From Candidatus Iainarchaeum sp. (GTDB lineage: Archaea > Iainarchaeota > Iainarchaeia > Iainarchaeales > GCA-2688035): a stretch of 40,241 bases of DNA. The stretch is taken from assembly GCA_016932355.1 (NCBI GenBank), contig JAFGDB010000062.1, forward strand, positions 1 through 40,241, given 5' to 3'. The position numbers were made by a program, and so were the translations under genes. This document shows positions 28,039-36,967 of the stretch, one piece after another. The notes beneath the pieces were generated by a model that saw only the letters and a list, made by a program, of their open reading frames with translations, did not search any database and was not told the DNA's origin. How positions within the stretch are numbered: the stretch's first letter is position 1; each line of letters begins with the position of its first letter.

Positions 28039-28773
28039 CTATACTTTTATCGCATTGGCAATGTATTCGTTGTACCTGTCAAATTTGTGTTTGGGTTCTA
28101 GTATGCCGGCTTTGGCAAATTCTTCGTAGGCCTGTGTAATTTCTTTTTTTATTTTGTCTTTATCGAATAGTTTAACTAGTCTTATCACAAGAATGTTCGT
28201 TGCCGCAATTGTTCTAGCGAATTTCCTGAAATTGTGGGTTCTTTTCCCGAATGCGAAATATTTCAGACCTGGAATGGGGGCAAGTATTTTCCAATGGTTT
28301 TTCTGCGCTTTTATTACTTCTTTTCTGAACTCGCCTAAAAGCGTTTTTTGTATTCTTATGACTGTGGGGAAGTAAGATTTTTTTAACAAGTCTTTTTCAT
28401 CTGCGATAGCTTTCTCCATCGCTTGTTCGTCAGATATTATCTTCAAAGAGGTGTTAATAAACTCTGAAATTTTGACCAACAGTTGGTCTTGCTTATTAAC
28501 CATAAGCTGAACCACTTTCAAGAGTTCTTTCATATGTAGCTTATTCACTTTCGTTGTGGCCGCCAAATAATCTTCTATTGTAATGTACTCTTTGCCTGTA
28601 AGGTTTTCTAACTCCTTGACGACAAGCTCAGCATCATTAATACAGAATTGAAAAAAATCTTCTAATGTGGGCTTGACTTCCTCTGTTTTTTGAATGCTTA
28701 TGTATTTATCATAAGCCTCATCAATTAGAGGGTTATGGAAATTTAGATACCCCTGTTTAACATTAACGAACAT
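28039..28773 (-). CDS. Hypothetical helical protein, partner of the PIN gene
   Basis: 244-aa AT-rich ORF 11 nt upstream of the PIN gene. GGGGG RBS and TTTATATA box upstream. Confidence 0.75.
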   Translation of the reverse strand: MFVNVKQGYLNFHNPLIDEAYDKYISIQKTEEVKPTLEDFFQFCINDAELVVKELENLTGKEYITIEDYLAATTKVNKLHMKELLKVVQLMVNKQDQLLVKISEFINTSLKIISDEQAMEKAIADEKDLLKKSYFPTVIRIQKTLLGEFRKEVIKAQKNHWKILAPIPGLKYFAFGKRTHNFRKFARTIAATNILVIRLVKLFDKDKIKKEITQAYEEFAKAGILEPKHKFDRYNEYIANAIKV

Positions 28774-28880
28774 GCTGCCCCCTTTGGTACTTTATTTATC
28801 CTATAGGCTGTAATGAAAGGGAAACGATATATATAAATATTTGGACGCCCCCCCAAATTATGTATACTGCAAGCTGTTTT

Positions 28881-29006
28881 CTATCGTCGAGACTCCAGCA
28901 AATCCCTTATCTCTACAAGCAAATTGTTCTGCTCCCTGAGCAGCCTGTTGTTTTCCGCTAGCAGGTTTTTGGTTTTGTTTTGCTGGATGAATGTTGCTAT
29001 GCCCAT
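28881..29006 (-). CDS. 41-aa coiled-coil microprotein MGIATFIQQNKTKNLLAENNRLLREQNNLLVEIRDLLESRR
   Basis: ATG 1 nt after the integrase stop, GGAGGTG RBS within the integrase 3' end, heptad Leu pattern. Not in the ORF track. Confidence 0.6.
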   Translation of the reverse strand: MGIATFIQQNKTKNLLAENNRLLREQNNLLVEIRDLLESRR

Positions 29007-29007
29007 T

Positions 29008-30204
29008 TCACACACCTCCCGGAAGACCTTGCTGCAGGATTGTTAAAGCCTGCCTTATTTTCTGCGGGTTGTTGCCAGCCAGCTCCAGCAATTTCATCAG
29101 GCTTATGACGCTTTCCTGGCTGTTTTCCTCTGTTTCACGCATCTCCCTTGAAGCTTGCGGTGATAATGGAAGCCAGCATTTTTCGCAATAATCATTGTTG
29201 ACATCGTTCAATTGCTTGCATCTTGGGCATGGCTCTCTCTTCAGCAAATCCTTTTGCTCTTCCCCCTTCTTCAAGCCGCACATTCTTAGCACAGCATCAT
29301 CTACTTGTTTTCCTGAGAGGTGAACATAGCGTGCTGCCATTTTGCTGTCCTGGCCCCAGCCAAAGTATTCTTTCATTTGGGCGTCTGTAAGGAACTGGGC
29401 CATGTATGTTGCCCTGCTGTGCCTGAAGTGGTGTGGGTTGATTGGCTTTTGCAAGCTGGCTCTTTTTTTGGCTGTGCGCAGGACCTTGGATATTGCAGAG
29501 TAGCCCATTTGTTCGCAGTGGCTTTTTTCCAAGCAAATCCATAGTGGCGCATCAATGTTTTTGCTGTATGGATGCTTGTTAATCCACTCCAGCACGTAGG
29601 GCGCGCTGTGGACGATCCTGACTTTTCTCATGCCGGTTTTTCCGTCTAGGAGAATCCTGCCGCCGAATTCGTCGAAAGAAATGTCTCTGATTCTTGCGCT
29701 GCCGAGCTCGCCGATTCTCGCGCCTGTTTCCCAAAGGGAAGCAATGAGCGCTTTGTCCCTCTGGTTCAAAGCAGATTTAATTAACTGCTTTGCATCTTCC
29801 TGGGTTAGCAGTTGCTCTGGCAGGGTTTGGTTGCCGATTTTTTTGAACTTGAACCAGGCAACACATTCTGGGTATGTTCCGTTGTTGAGCCACTTGTGAA
29901 AAACCTTCAGGATTTTTTTGTAAGTCCAGATAGTGGCTTCCTTGCAACCCTGCTTGTGCAGCCAAATCAAGAACTGTTCATAGTCCTCTTTTGAAGCCTC
30001 TCTGAAGTCTTTTTTCACCTGCCCTGCTGTTCTCCTTAGCACGCACATTTGTCTTATCAATCTCGCAAGGCTGAACCCTTGTGCCAAATTGTGCTCATAG
30101 AAGCTTGTTATCAGTTGCTTGTTTGCTTCAGCTAGGGAAGAATTTTCCAACCGCTTGATTTCCCCTTCAAGGTCTCTCTCGAAAGGGTGAATGTATTTTC
30201 TCAT
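29008..30204 (-). CDS. Tyrosine recombinase/integrase with C-terminal zinc ribbon
   Basis: Catalytic R (ETGARIGE), K (GKTG), HxxR (HHFRHSRAT), W (FGW), Y (RYVH); CPRC..CEKC. Confidence 0.95.
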   Translation of the reverse strand: MRKYIHPFERDLEGEIKRLENSSLAEANKQLITSFYEHNLAQGFSLARLIRQMCVLRRTAGQVKKDFREASKEDYEQFLIWLHKQGCKEATIWTYKKILKVFHKWLNNGTYPECVAWFKFKKIGNQTLPEQLLTQEDAKQLIKSALNQRDKALIASLWETGARIGELGSARIRDISFDEFGGRILLDGKTGMRKVRIVHSAPYVLEWINKHPYSKNIDAPLWICLEKSHCEQMGYSAISKVLRTAKKRASLQKPINPHHFRHSRATYMAQFLTDAQMKEYFGWGQDSKMAARYVHLSGKQVDDAVLRMCGLKKGEEQKDLLKREPCPRCKQLNDVNNDYCEKCWLPLSPQASREMRETEENSQESVISLMKLLELAGNNPQKIRQALTILQQGLPGGV

Positions 30205-30270
30205 TTAACCTCACCTTCCTCAACCGAAACCAATTTAAATGACACAGGTGAGGGCTCTTGAAAAGAAGCT

Positions 30271-30296
30271 AATAGCCCCGGGAGGGAATTGAACTC
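30271..30296 (-). repeat. Middle att site: copy of the tRNA-Thr 3' end
   Basis: AATAGCCCCGGGAGGGAATTGAACTC vs AATAGCCCCGGGAGAGATTCGAACTC (31049-31074), 23/26. Confidence 0.9.
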
Positions 30297-31048
30297 TGTT
30301 TTTTTGGCTGGGTTAGAAGCTGGCCCACCTGGCAAGCTCTTGCATTGGCAATTAGCGGTTAACAAAAGCGGAAAGCATTAAAAACACTTAGGTAATAAGT
30401 ATATTATAGGCAATAAATTTATGTAGGTGGTTTTTTTGGCTACAGAAACTATCCAGGTTTTGCACTACCCAACGCTTAAAACTGTTCTCATGGTTGAAAA
30501 CATACTAAAGGAAGCAAAAGAGCCTCTTTCAAGATATGAAATAATGAAAAGGTCAGACAACAAAGTAATGAGGCAAACACTGAACACTATACTTGCATAC
30601 CTTGAAAAGAGGGGCATGGTACTGGACAGCGAGAAAGGCGTTATCTGGACTTACACGCCGCCATCAAAGATGAAGAAATGGTTGAGAGAGAGCGTCGAAG
30701 TATGAAAGCAAGAGTCAGGATTATAGGGCAAGCGCTTGAAGAATACAACAAACTCAAGGAAGCCGTCAAGGAAGAGGGAAAAAGAGGCATTAAAAGCAGC
30801 GAAAATGTCACACTGCTTAAGAGCATAGACCAAAAGGTTGAGTGGCTGAAAGAAAACCCTTTGGTTGGCGAGGTTGTGAAAAAGAAAGACATCCCAAAAG
30901 AACTTGACGTAGACAACCTCTTCAAGCTAAGGCTTGCACGCTACTGGAGAATGCTTTACACAATCAGGCGGCAAGAAATAGAAATATTCTGCTTTGTCCT
31001 AACAATAGAGCCGCACTCAGATTACGACAAAAGATTCAAGAAAAAATA
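30297..31048. mobile_element. Toxin-antitoxin mini-island between tRNA-Thr and the middle att
   Basis: Flanked by the tRNA 3' end and its copy. Contains only a two-gene operon. Confidence 0.75.
30436..30705 (+). CDS. Winged-HTH protein, putative antitoxin
   Basis: HYPTLKTVLMVE...LNTILAYLEKRGMV. TTG start after an AGGTGG RBS. ATGA-coupled to the toxin gene. Confidence 0.75.
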   Translation: MATETIQVLHYPTLKTVLMVENILKEAKEPLSRYEIMKRSDNKVMRQTLNTILAYLEKRGMVLDSEKGVIWTYTPPSKMKKWLRESVEV

Positions 31049-31049
31049 A
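30702..31049 (+). CDS. RelE/ParE-superfamily toxin-like protein
   Basis: LKENPLVGE, NLFKLRLARYWRMLYTI, HSDYDK. Confidence 0.75.
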   Translation: MKARVRIIGQALEEYNKLKEAVKEEGKRGIKSSENVTLLKSIDQKVEWLKENPLVGEVVKKKDIPKELDVDNLFKLRLARYWRMLYTIRRQEIEIFCFVLTIEPHSDYDKRFKKK

Positions 31050-31051
31050 AT

Positions 31052-31123
31052 AGCCCCGGGAGAGATTCGAACTCTCGACCTGCGGTTTACGAAACCGCTG
31101 CTCTACCGCTGAGCCACCGGGGC
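31052..31123 (-). tRNA. tRNA-Thr(CGT)
   Basis: GCCCCGG acceptor stem, anticodon arm GCGGT-TTCGTAA-ACCGC, T arm GAGAG-TTCGAAT-CTCTC. No intron, CCA not encoded. Confidence 0.96.
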
Positions 31124-31215
31124 ATTTGGCAAATTAATTAAGCATGCGGTTTAATTTAAAGCCTTTTCAAGGCAGCAAAAAAGTTAAATACTGCTTAATG
31201 CATCATTATTCTGCC

Positions 31216-31386
31216 ATGCTTGCAGCAATCAAGGCAATCCTTTCAGAGGAAAGGGCCCAGAGCGAATGGAGCAGTGTATACATGCTGATTATCCTTATAA
31301 TTGCTGCACTCCTCCTTATTGCGGTAATAAAACCCATGTTCAGGCAGAGCCAGCAGATAGTGCAAAAAACAGACGCAAAGCTCTAA
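31216..31386 (+). CDS. Small class III signal peptide (pilin-like) protein
   Basis: EERA/QSEW followed by hydrophobic VYMLIILIIAALLLIAVI; 56 aa. Confidence 0.7.
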   Translation: MLAAIKAILSEERAQSEWSSVYMLIILIIAALLLIAVIKPMFRQSQQIVQKTDAKL

Positions 31387-31433
31387 CAGCAAAATCATTA
31401 AATACTACCTTTTGCCTCTTTAATCTGATGCAA

Positions 31434-31976
31434 ATGGTTAACAGGAAGGGACAGGAGGCCGCGCCCTTTGAACTGCTCATAGCGGTAATTGTAATGGGCT
31501 TTGTAATAGTCATAGGAACATATGCAATAAACAACATGCACTGGGAGCAGTGCAAGAGGGACACGGAAAAGGGCCTCAACAACCTGAAGAACTCGCTTGA
31601 AAGCATCACAACAGCTGGAAGCGTTGCCAACATAAACTTCAGGCTAAGCGGCTGCTTTGACCCAAACGATGAAATAATCTGGATAGAGGACGAAACCGGG
31701 GTTGAAAGGTGCGTTGCGCTTGGGGCAGGCTCAAAGCCACTGTGCCCAATACTCAAGTATGCAAACAAGGACTTCAGCCTAAGGGTGCCATTGAACATAC
31801 CTGCAAGCACTGTTTTCCCCTCAGAGCCAGGCCTGAAATGCCCTGAAAGGCCAGGAACATACCTCGTTGACTTTGAGGACAAGGAAATGGAAAAGCAGGG
31901 CGACTACCTGCTCATAAATGGCAGCAGCGGGAACGAGGCAATTACAACAATCTGCGCCTACAGAAGGGAGAGCTGA
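31434..31976 (+). CDS. Class III signal peptide (type IV pilin-like) protein
   Basis: MVNRKG/QEAAPFELLIAVIVMGFVIVIG; several Cys. Confidence 0.8.
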   Translation: MVNRKGQEAAPFELLIAVIVMGFVIVIGTYAINNMHWEQCKRDTEKGLNNLKNSLESITTAGSVANINFRLSGCFDPNDEIIWIEDETGVERCVALGAGSKPLCPILKYANKDFSLRVPLNIPASTVFPSEPGLKCPERPGTYLVDFEDKEMEKQGDYLLINGSSGNEAITTICAYRRES

Positions 31977-31982
31977 TTAAAA

Positions 31983-32678
31983 ATGATGGGGTTTACCCTG
32001 AGCAAGATGAACCTGCTAATCCTCGTAACAGCAATCTTTGCAATAATCGCATTCTTCATGATGCACCTTCTTGGGATAATGGTAGGCTGGACCGCACAAA
32101 GAATGGTCAACGAATACATTGGGACAATTGACGGCCTTGCAAGAAGCACAACACCCTACTTTAAGGAAACAATCACAGTTCCTGACAGCATAAGCTACTT
32201 TGGCGGAATAGGGGAGAGCAACAGGTTTTTTTACGTGATTGAAATTGCAAGGGAACCGGAAGAATACAACCCAAAATACCTCACAAAGGTAATACTGAAA
32301 ATAGCCAGCAGAAAGGAGCAGGACAAGTTCATTGCAACAAAGAGCAGCGACATAAACGCACAGGTCTACCTCTACCAGTGGCCTGTTTCAGAAGGGAGCA
32401 TTACAACAAACATTGCAGAACAGAGCAGCATAACAATTGACCCCTATAGGGGCCTTGGCACCTTCAGCAACTCCATGGTGCTGGTCAAGGAATCATACAA
32501 GGGAAAGAACTACATGCATATAGTGGTTTGCTCTTCTGCATCAGGGCAGTGCGACCAAAACCTAAAGTATGCAGCATGCTGCATTGAAAAATGCCGCGGC
32601 ACTAAATCAAACTACCTTCCTGAGCCGGAAGCCTGCCCGCCGAGCCTGAGCTGCTATGGAAACATGGACTGTGGTTGA
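31983..32678 (+). CDS. N-terminally anchored pilin-cluster protein with Cys-rich C-terminus
   Basis: Hydrophobic N-terminus, within a pilin-like operon. Confidence 0.7.
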   Translation: MMGFTLSKMNLLILVTAIFAIIAFFMMHLLGIMVGWTAQRMVNEYIGTIDGLARSTTPYFKETITVPDSISYFGGIGESNRFFYVIEIAREPEEYNPKYLTKVILKIASRKEQDKFIATKSSDINAQVYLYQWPVSEGSITTNIAEQSSITIDPYRGLGTFSNSMVLVKESYKGKNYMHIVVCSSASGQCDQNLKYAACCIEKCRGTKSNYLPEPEACPPSLSCYGNMDCG

Positions 32679-33190
32679 AAATGCGGAAAAATAAGGGCAA
32701 GGGGTTTTTAGGGCCTATCGGGGATGACCTGCCAAGCCTCATCCCACTGATTTTTGCCCTGACAATATTCTTCTATGCATTCACGTCCACGTGGAACGTG
32801 TTTGACCAGCGCGACACTTCATTTGACTCTGACATCGCTGTTTTGAGAATAAGCTATGCGCTCAAAGGAGACAACTACATTGCAAGCGACACCGAATTCC
32901 ACAGCATGTGCGAGACAGCAAAGGGCGTAAGTGGCATGTGGTTCTTCTCAGGGCTTCTTGAGCTTTCAACAGGCCCTGAAAGCAGGTTTAAAGGAATCAA
33001 TATTGACAGGCTTTTAAGCGAGGGGCAAGGCTTCTTCCCTGGCTTTCTGTGCAGCAACACAGAGCAAAAGCCTGACCTGGAGGAAAACCAGACGCTTGTA
33101 AGGTTCTTCCCAATAGCGCTTGAATTTGAAGACCAATCAGGCATGTTTTACGTAAAGCCAATGCTGCTGGTGGTGGTTGCATGGCAATAG
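32675..33190 (+). CDS. Class III signal peptide protein
   Basis: KNKGKG/FLGPIGDDLPSLIPLIFALTIFF, C-terminal LVVVAW strand. Confidence 0.75.
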   Translation: MKMRKNKGKGFLGPIGDDLPSLIPLIFALTIFFYAFTSTWNVFDQRDTSFDSDIAVLRISYALKGDNYIASDTEFHSMCETAKGVSGMWFFSGLLELSTGPESRFKGINIDRLLSEGQGFFPGFLCSNTEQKPDLEENQTLVRFFPIALEFEDQSGMFYVKPMLLVVVAWQ

Positions 33191-33846
33191 CCTTGAGCCA
33201 AAGGGGGCAGGCTGCGCTCACAGACGCGCTCTATTTCCTCCTGATTGCAGGCGCATTAAGCACCTGGCTGCTGTACAGCAGCGCAACATATGGCCAGGTT
33301 GTAAAGACCCAGCTGAACAAGCAGTACTGGCAGGAGTACACAAGGTCAGCGCTTGAAACAATAGTTTACAGCAGCACTCCAAGAGACCCTGAAATTCCAT
33401 TAAGCGAGGCAACTGAAGTGGATTACCTGCTTGCTGCCCTCAAGGAGGACTATGCCGATGACCTGGTGCTTGACGAAACAAAGGCTGTTTTGTTCAACCA
33501 GGTTAAAACAGTGATGGAGCCGTTAAGGCCGAATTTTGACTATGCATTCTACATCTATGTGCTTGACAGGGAGGAGTATGCTGCAGCAATGCTGCACATA
33601 AGCGAAACATCAGGAACAGGCCTTACAGGAAAAAGCCTTGTGCTTTCATGCACGCCTCCAAACAAGGTTGTGCTTGCAGACTTCCTCTCAAGAGTTGGGC
33701 ATGTTGCGCCAAGCAGCAGCGTTATCAGGCTAAGCCAGAGGCAGGGCTCTGACCAGCTAAGGCTCCCTGCGCAGGCAACCCTTGTCATTTGGACGCCGAC
33801 AGCAACAAGCCATGCTGACCTGAACTGCCAGGAATTCACAGCCTAA
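33181..33846 (+). CDS. Class III signal peptide protein
   Basis: SQRG/QAALTDALYFLLIAG, C-terminal TLVIW strand. Confidence 0.78.
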   Translation: MAIALSQRGQAALTDALYFLLIAGALSTWLLYSSATYGQVVKTQLNKQYWQEYTRSALETIVYSSTPRDPEIPLSEATEVDYLLAALKEDYADDLVLDETKAVLFNQVKTVMEPLRPNFDYAFYIYVLDREEYAAAMLHISETSGTGLTGKSLVLSCTPPNKVVLADFLSRVGHVAPSSSVIRLSQRQGSDQLRLPAQATLVIWTPTATSHADLNCQEFTA

Positions 33847-33861
33847 GAATTTGGATTGCAG

Positions 33862-33985
33862 TTAATGGCAGCTTAAATGGATTTCACTGCCCAGCCCAAA
33901 GCCGCAAAAAAAAGGCAGCCTGTTCCGTTTCCACTGGTTGGCTTATATTGAGATTAATGGCAGCTTAAAAAGGGTTTTTCACTGC
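33862..33985. repeat. Duplication of the stop-codon region of the 33979-34707 gene
   Basis: TTAATGGCAGCTTAAA at 33862-33877 and 33954-33969, each followed by TTTCACTGC (33882-33890 and 33977-33985). Confidence 0.75.
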
Positions 33986-34707
33986 TTGACCTTTGCGCCG
34001 CATTCAGGGCAGGTTAAAACAATCCTGCCTGCAATCTTTTCAGATTTCTTTGCGCAGGTTTTGCAGAAGGCAGCACCGCAGCCAGGGCAGAAAATTATTT
34101 TTGTGCCTGTTGAGCCGCAGCTCGGGCAGCCAACTGCTTCCTCCTTGCCGCCCCCCAAGCCCTCCAAGCTGAATTCATCAGCAAGGTCTTTTTCAGTGCC
34201 TTTCTTTTCAGGGGATTTGCCCTCTCCGGAGAAAAGGTCTTCAACGCTCAAGTCCTCAATCTCTTCCTTGCCCAGAACGGGTTTTTGAACTTCAGCAGGC
34301 TGGCCTGGCTCTTCAAAACCAGGCTGTCCCCCCTCTTTTAAATCAGGCTTCTTTCCCCTCTGCCTTTTTCCCCTTGGGCCTTTTTCCCTTGGCTTTTTAT
34401 TTTCAGGCCTGCGCTTCTCAAGCCTTTGGAAGATTTTTTCCCTCTCCTCCTTGTCGTGGAGCTGCTGGTAAAGGTTTTCTGCAATCTGGTCATACTCGTC
34501 CTTTCTCGGGTAGCGGTCATGCTCTTCCTTGAATTTCTGGACCTCTTCAAGGGCAAGCTGCTTTGTTATCTCCTCATCTGCAGCATTCTCATCAGGGCTT
34601 TTTGGCATCTGCTGGAAAACGCTTTCAGCAAGGTCGCCTGAAGGTTCATACCCTTGGGAGCCACCCCTATAAAAACGCCTCATTCTCCTTGGAACTCGCT
34701 TGCCCAT
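33979..34707 (-). CDS. Hypothetical charged protein with C-terminal zinc ribbons
   Basis: CPSC..CPGCGAAFCKTC..CPEC. Confidence 0.75.
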   Translation of the reverse strand: MGKRVPRRMRRFYRGGSQGYEPSGDLAESVFQQMPKSPDENAADEEITKQLALEEVQKFKEEHDRYPRKDEYDQIAENLYQQLHDKEEREKIFQRLEKRRPENKKPREKGPRGKRQRGKKPDLKEGGQPGFEEPGQPAEVQKPVLGKEEIEDLSVEDLFSGEGKSPEKKGTEKDLADEFSLEGLGGGKEEAVGCPSCGSTGTKIIFCPGCGAAFCKTCAKKSEKIAGRIVLTCPECGAKVKQ

Positions 34708-34827
34708 AGAAAACACTTTCCCTGCAACCGGGTGAATATTAAACGATGTTCTGGTTTTTAATTGTTTGGCAAAAGCCGTGGAAATGGCTGGGGCAATTCA
34801 AAAAAGGGAAAAAGGCTGAAATCTGGC

Positions 34828-35346
34828 TTAGGCGTATTTCAGTATTACCGCGCAGCAAAGCTGGGTTGCCGTTTCTGACTCAATTGGGCACTCGCATACT
34901 CCATCATCGCCACTAAGGTCAATTCCAGACTCCAAATCTTCAACTGTTTGAACAAGGTTGTTTGAGTGGTCGCACACAACCCTTGCCTTAACGCTCAAAT
35001 TTGAAGTGCCGCCGTTTACAATGGAGTTTCCTGCCAAGGAAAGGTTCTGGTTGGTAGCAAAGTCGCCCTTGTGAATGCAGATCTGGTCTGAGGTTAGGCC
35101 ACTGTTGCCAACAAGCGCCTTTGTTGCAAGGCTTGTGCCTGCATTGAAGCTGACAGCAGGGCTTGTGTCCATTGCGCCAAGCAGGTCCTTCTGCTTCTGA
35201 ATCATCTGCTTTGCATAGTTCTGCACATCATTTCCAGGCGGCACTATTAGGCCGATTATTGACATCAGGATGTAGAGCATTGCAACAGCAATTATTGCAG
35301 CAATAAGAAGCTTGAAAACGCTGTAGGCTTGGCCTTTGCTGTCCAT
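34828..35346 (-). CDS. Class III signal peptide (type IV pilin-like) protein
   Basis: MDSKG/QAYSVFKLLIAAIIAVAMLYIL. Confidence 0.8.
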   Translation of the reverse strand: MDSKGQAYSVFKLLIAAIIAVAMLYILMSIIGLIVPPGNDVQNYAKQMIQKQKDLLGAMDTSPAVSFNAGTSLATKALVGNSGLTSDQICIHKGDFATNQNLSLAGNSIVNGGTSNLSVKARVVCDHSNNLVQTVEDLESGIDLSGDDGVCECPIESETATQLCCAVILKYA

Positions 35347-35389
35347 AATTCTCAGAATAAATAGGCCTTTTTAGTATTTAAAGCTTACG

Positions 35390-36871
35390 CTAAAGTTGGG
35401 CCTGCCTTCTTGCCTTTCTCAGGAAAGCAGGCAGTTCAGAAACCTTGACCCTTTCCTGCTCCATTGAATCCCTGCACCTGTATGTAACAGTATTGTCTTC
35501 CTTTGTCTGGTAGTCAATTGTGATTCCGCCGAAAACGCCTGCCTCGTCTGCCCTGCTGTACCTCTTCCCAATGCTTCCCTTCTCATCGTAGAAAACGTCA
35601 AAGTCCTCGTCAATAAGGCCCTCAAAAACCTTTCTCGCAAGCTCTGCAAGGCCGTCCTTCTTCACAAGCGGGTAAATGCCTGCATCATAAGGTGCAACCC
35701 TTGCAGGCAGCTTTAGGTAAATCCTCTCCTCCTTTCCGCGCTTCTCCTTCCTAAAAGAGTTGTCCAGCACAACGTAAAAGGTCCTGTCAATCCCTGCACT
35801 GAGCTCAAACACGTGCGGAATGAATTCTTTTCCATCCTCCTTCACAGACATCTTGTGCCTGCTCTGCCTTTCATGGCCCTTCAGGTCATAGTCTGTCCTG
35901 TAATTGCATGCAATCAGCTCAATCCAGCCAAGGTCTGTTTCAACCTCAAAGTCCCAGGTTTCCCTTGCATAGAACGCCTTCTCATCCTTGCCAAGCTGCC
36001 TGAAGCGCATCCTTGAAACAGGAATGCCGTATGCCTCGTACAGCTGCTGTGTCCTTGCAAGGTAGTATGCAATCAGCTTGCCTGAAACAAGCTTTTTCTT
36101 CACGGCTTCGCTGCAGCTTACCAGGCTCGGCTTTTTGCCCAAAAGCATTAAATTCAGCTTGTAATTCTGCACCTCGGCAAAATTTTCAACATCGTCAATC
36201 TTGTGGGGGTTGAAGAATATTTCAACCTCCATCTGCCCTATTTCACGCTCCCTAAGGAGGGTGTTCCTTGGGGCAATCTCGTTTCTAAAGGAAGAGCCTG
36301 CCTGCGCAATTGCAAGTGGCAGGTTTTCCCTTGAGCTTTTAAACAGCCTTGGGAAATCGCAGAAAATGCTCTGGCAGGTTTCAGGCCTCAGGTAAGCGGC
36401 CTGCTTTCCAGTAGCACCGATGCCAACTCCCATCATCATGTTGAACTTCCTTACCTCATTGAAGTCCTTGCCACCGCACTTTGGGCATTTCACAGCGTGC
36501 TTTTCAATCAGCTTGTCCAATTCAGCTGTTGCAAGGCTTTCAGGGACGATGCCGCCTGCCTTTTCTGCAACCAGGTTGTCCGCTCTATGCAGTGAATTGC
36601 ACTTCCTGCACTGCACTATCGGGTCATTGAAGTTTTCCAAATGCCCTGATGCCCTGAAAACATCCTCCGGCAGGATTTGCGCGCCGAATATTTCAAGCAT
36701 TCCCTCCTTTTCAACAAGCTGCTTTCTCCAAAGGCCAATCACCTTTCTCCTGATGGTTTCACCCAATGGCCCGAAATCAAAGAATCCAGAGGCAGCGCTG
36801 CTGTAAATCTCCGCAGCAGGGTAGAATAATGCCCTTCTCAAGGCCAGATTGACTATTTCCTCTTTCGGCAT
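35390..36871 (-). CDS. glyS: Glycine--tRNA ligase (alpha2, archaeal/eukaryotic type)
   Basis: DFGPLG, ASGH, YLRPETCQ, FRNEIAPR, QMEVE, PHVFELSAGIDR, GSIGKRY. Confidence 0.96.
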   Translation of the reverse strand: MPKEEIVNLALRRALFYPAAEIYSSAASGFFDFGPLGETIRRKVIGLWRKQLVEKEGMLEIFGAQILPEDVFRASGHLENFNDPIVQCRKCNSLHRADNLVAEKAGGIVPESLATAELDKLIEKHAVKCPKCGGKDFNEVRKFNMMMGVGIGATGKQAAYLRPETCQSIFCDFPRLFKSSRENLPLAIAQAGSSFRNEIAPRNTLLREREIGQMEVEIFFNPHKIDDVENFAEVQNYKLNLMLLGKKPSLVSCSEAVKKKLVSGKLIAYYLARTQQLYEAYGIPVSRMRFRQLGKDEKAFYARETWDFEVETDLGWIELIACNYRTDYDLKGHERQSRHKMSVKEDGKEFIPHVFELSAGIDRTFYVVLDNSFRKEKRGKEERIYLKLPARVAPYDAGIYPLVKKDGLAELARKVFEGLIDEDFDVFYDEKGSIGKRYSRADEAGVFGGITIDYQTKEDNTVTYRCRDSMEQERVKVSELPAFLRKARRQAQL

Positions 36872-36967
36872 GCAGTATCATAAGTTGTTAACTGTTTTAA
36901 TAAATTTCCTATTATGCAAGGGGTTGCAAAAACACTTAAAAAGCATTGACTAATTAATGTTATAGCC

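Larger units (their letters stand above)
22626..30270. mobile_element. Integrase-encoding genomic island at tRNA-Thr(CGT)
   Basis: Bounded by tRNA 3'-end copies at 22610 and 30271. Tyrosine integrase next to the att site. AT-rich cargo. Confidence 0.85.

Noticed and set aside
30271..30296. Additional or split tRNA genes at 30271 and 22610
   Set aside because: Only T-arm and acceptor 3' fragments, positioned as att sites flanking islands.
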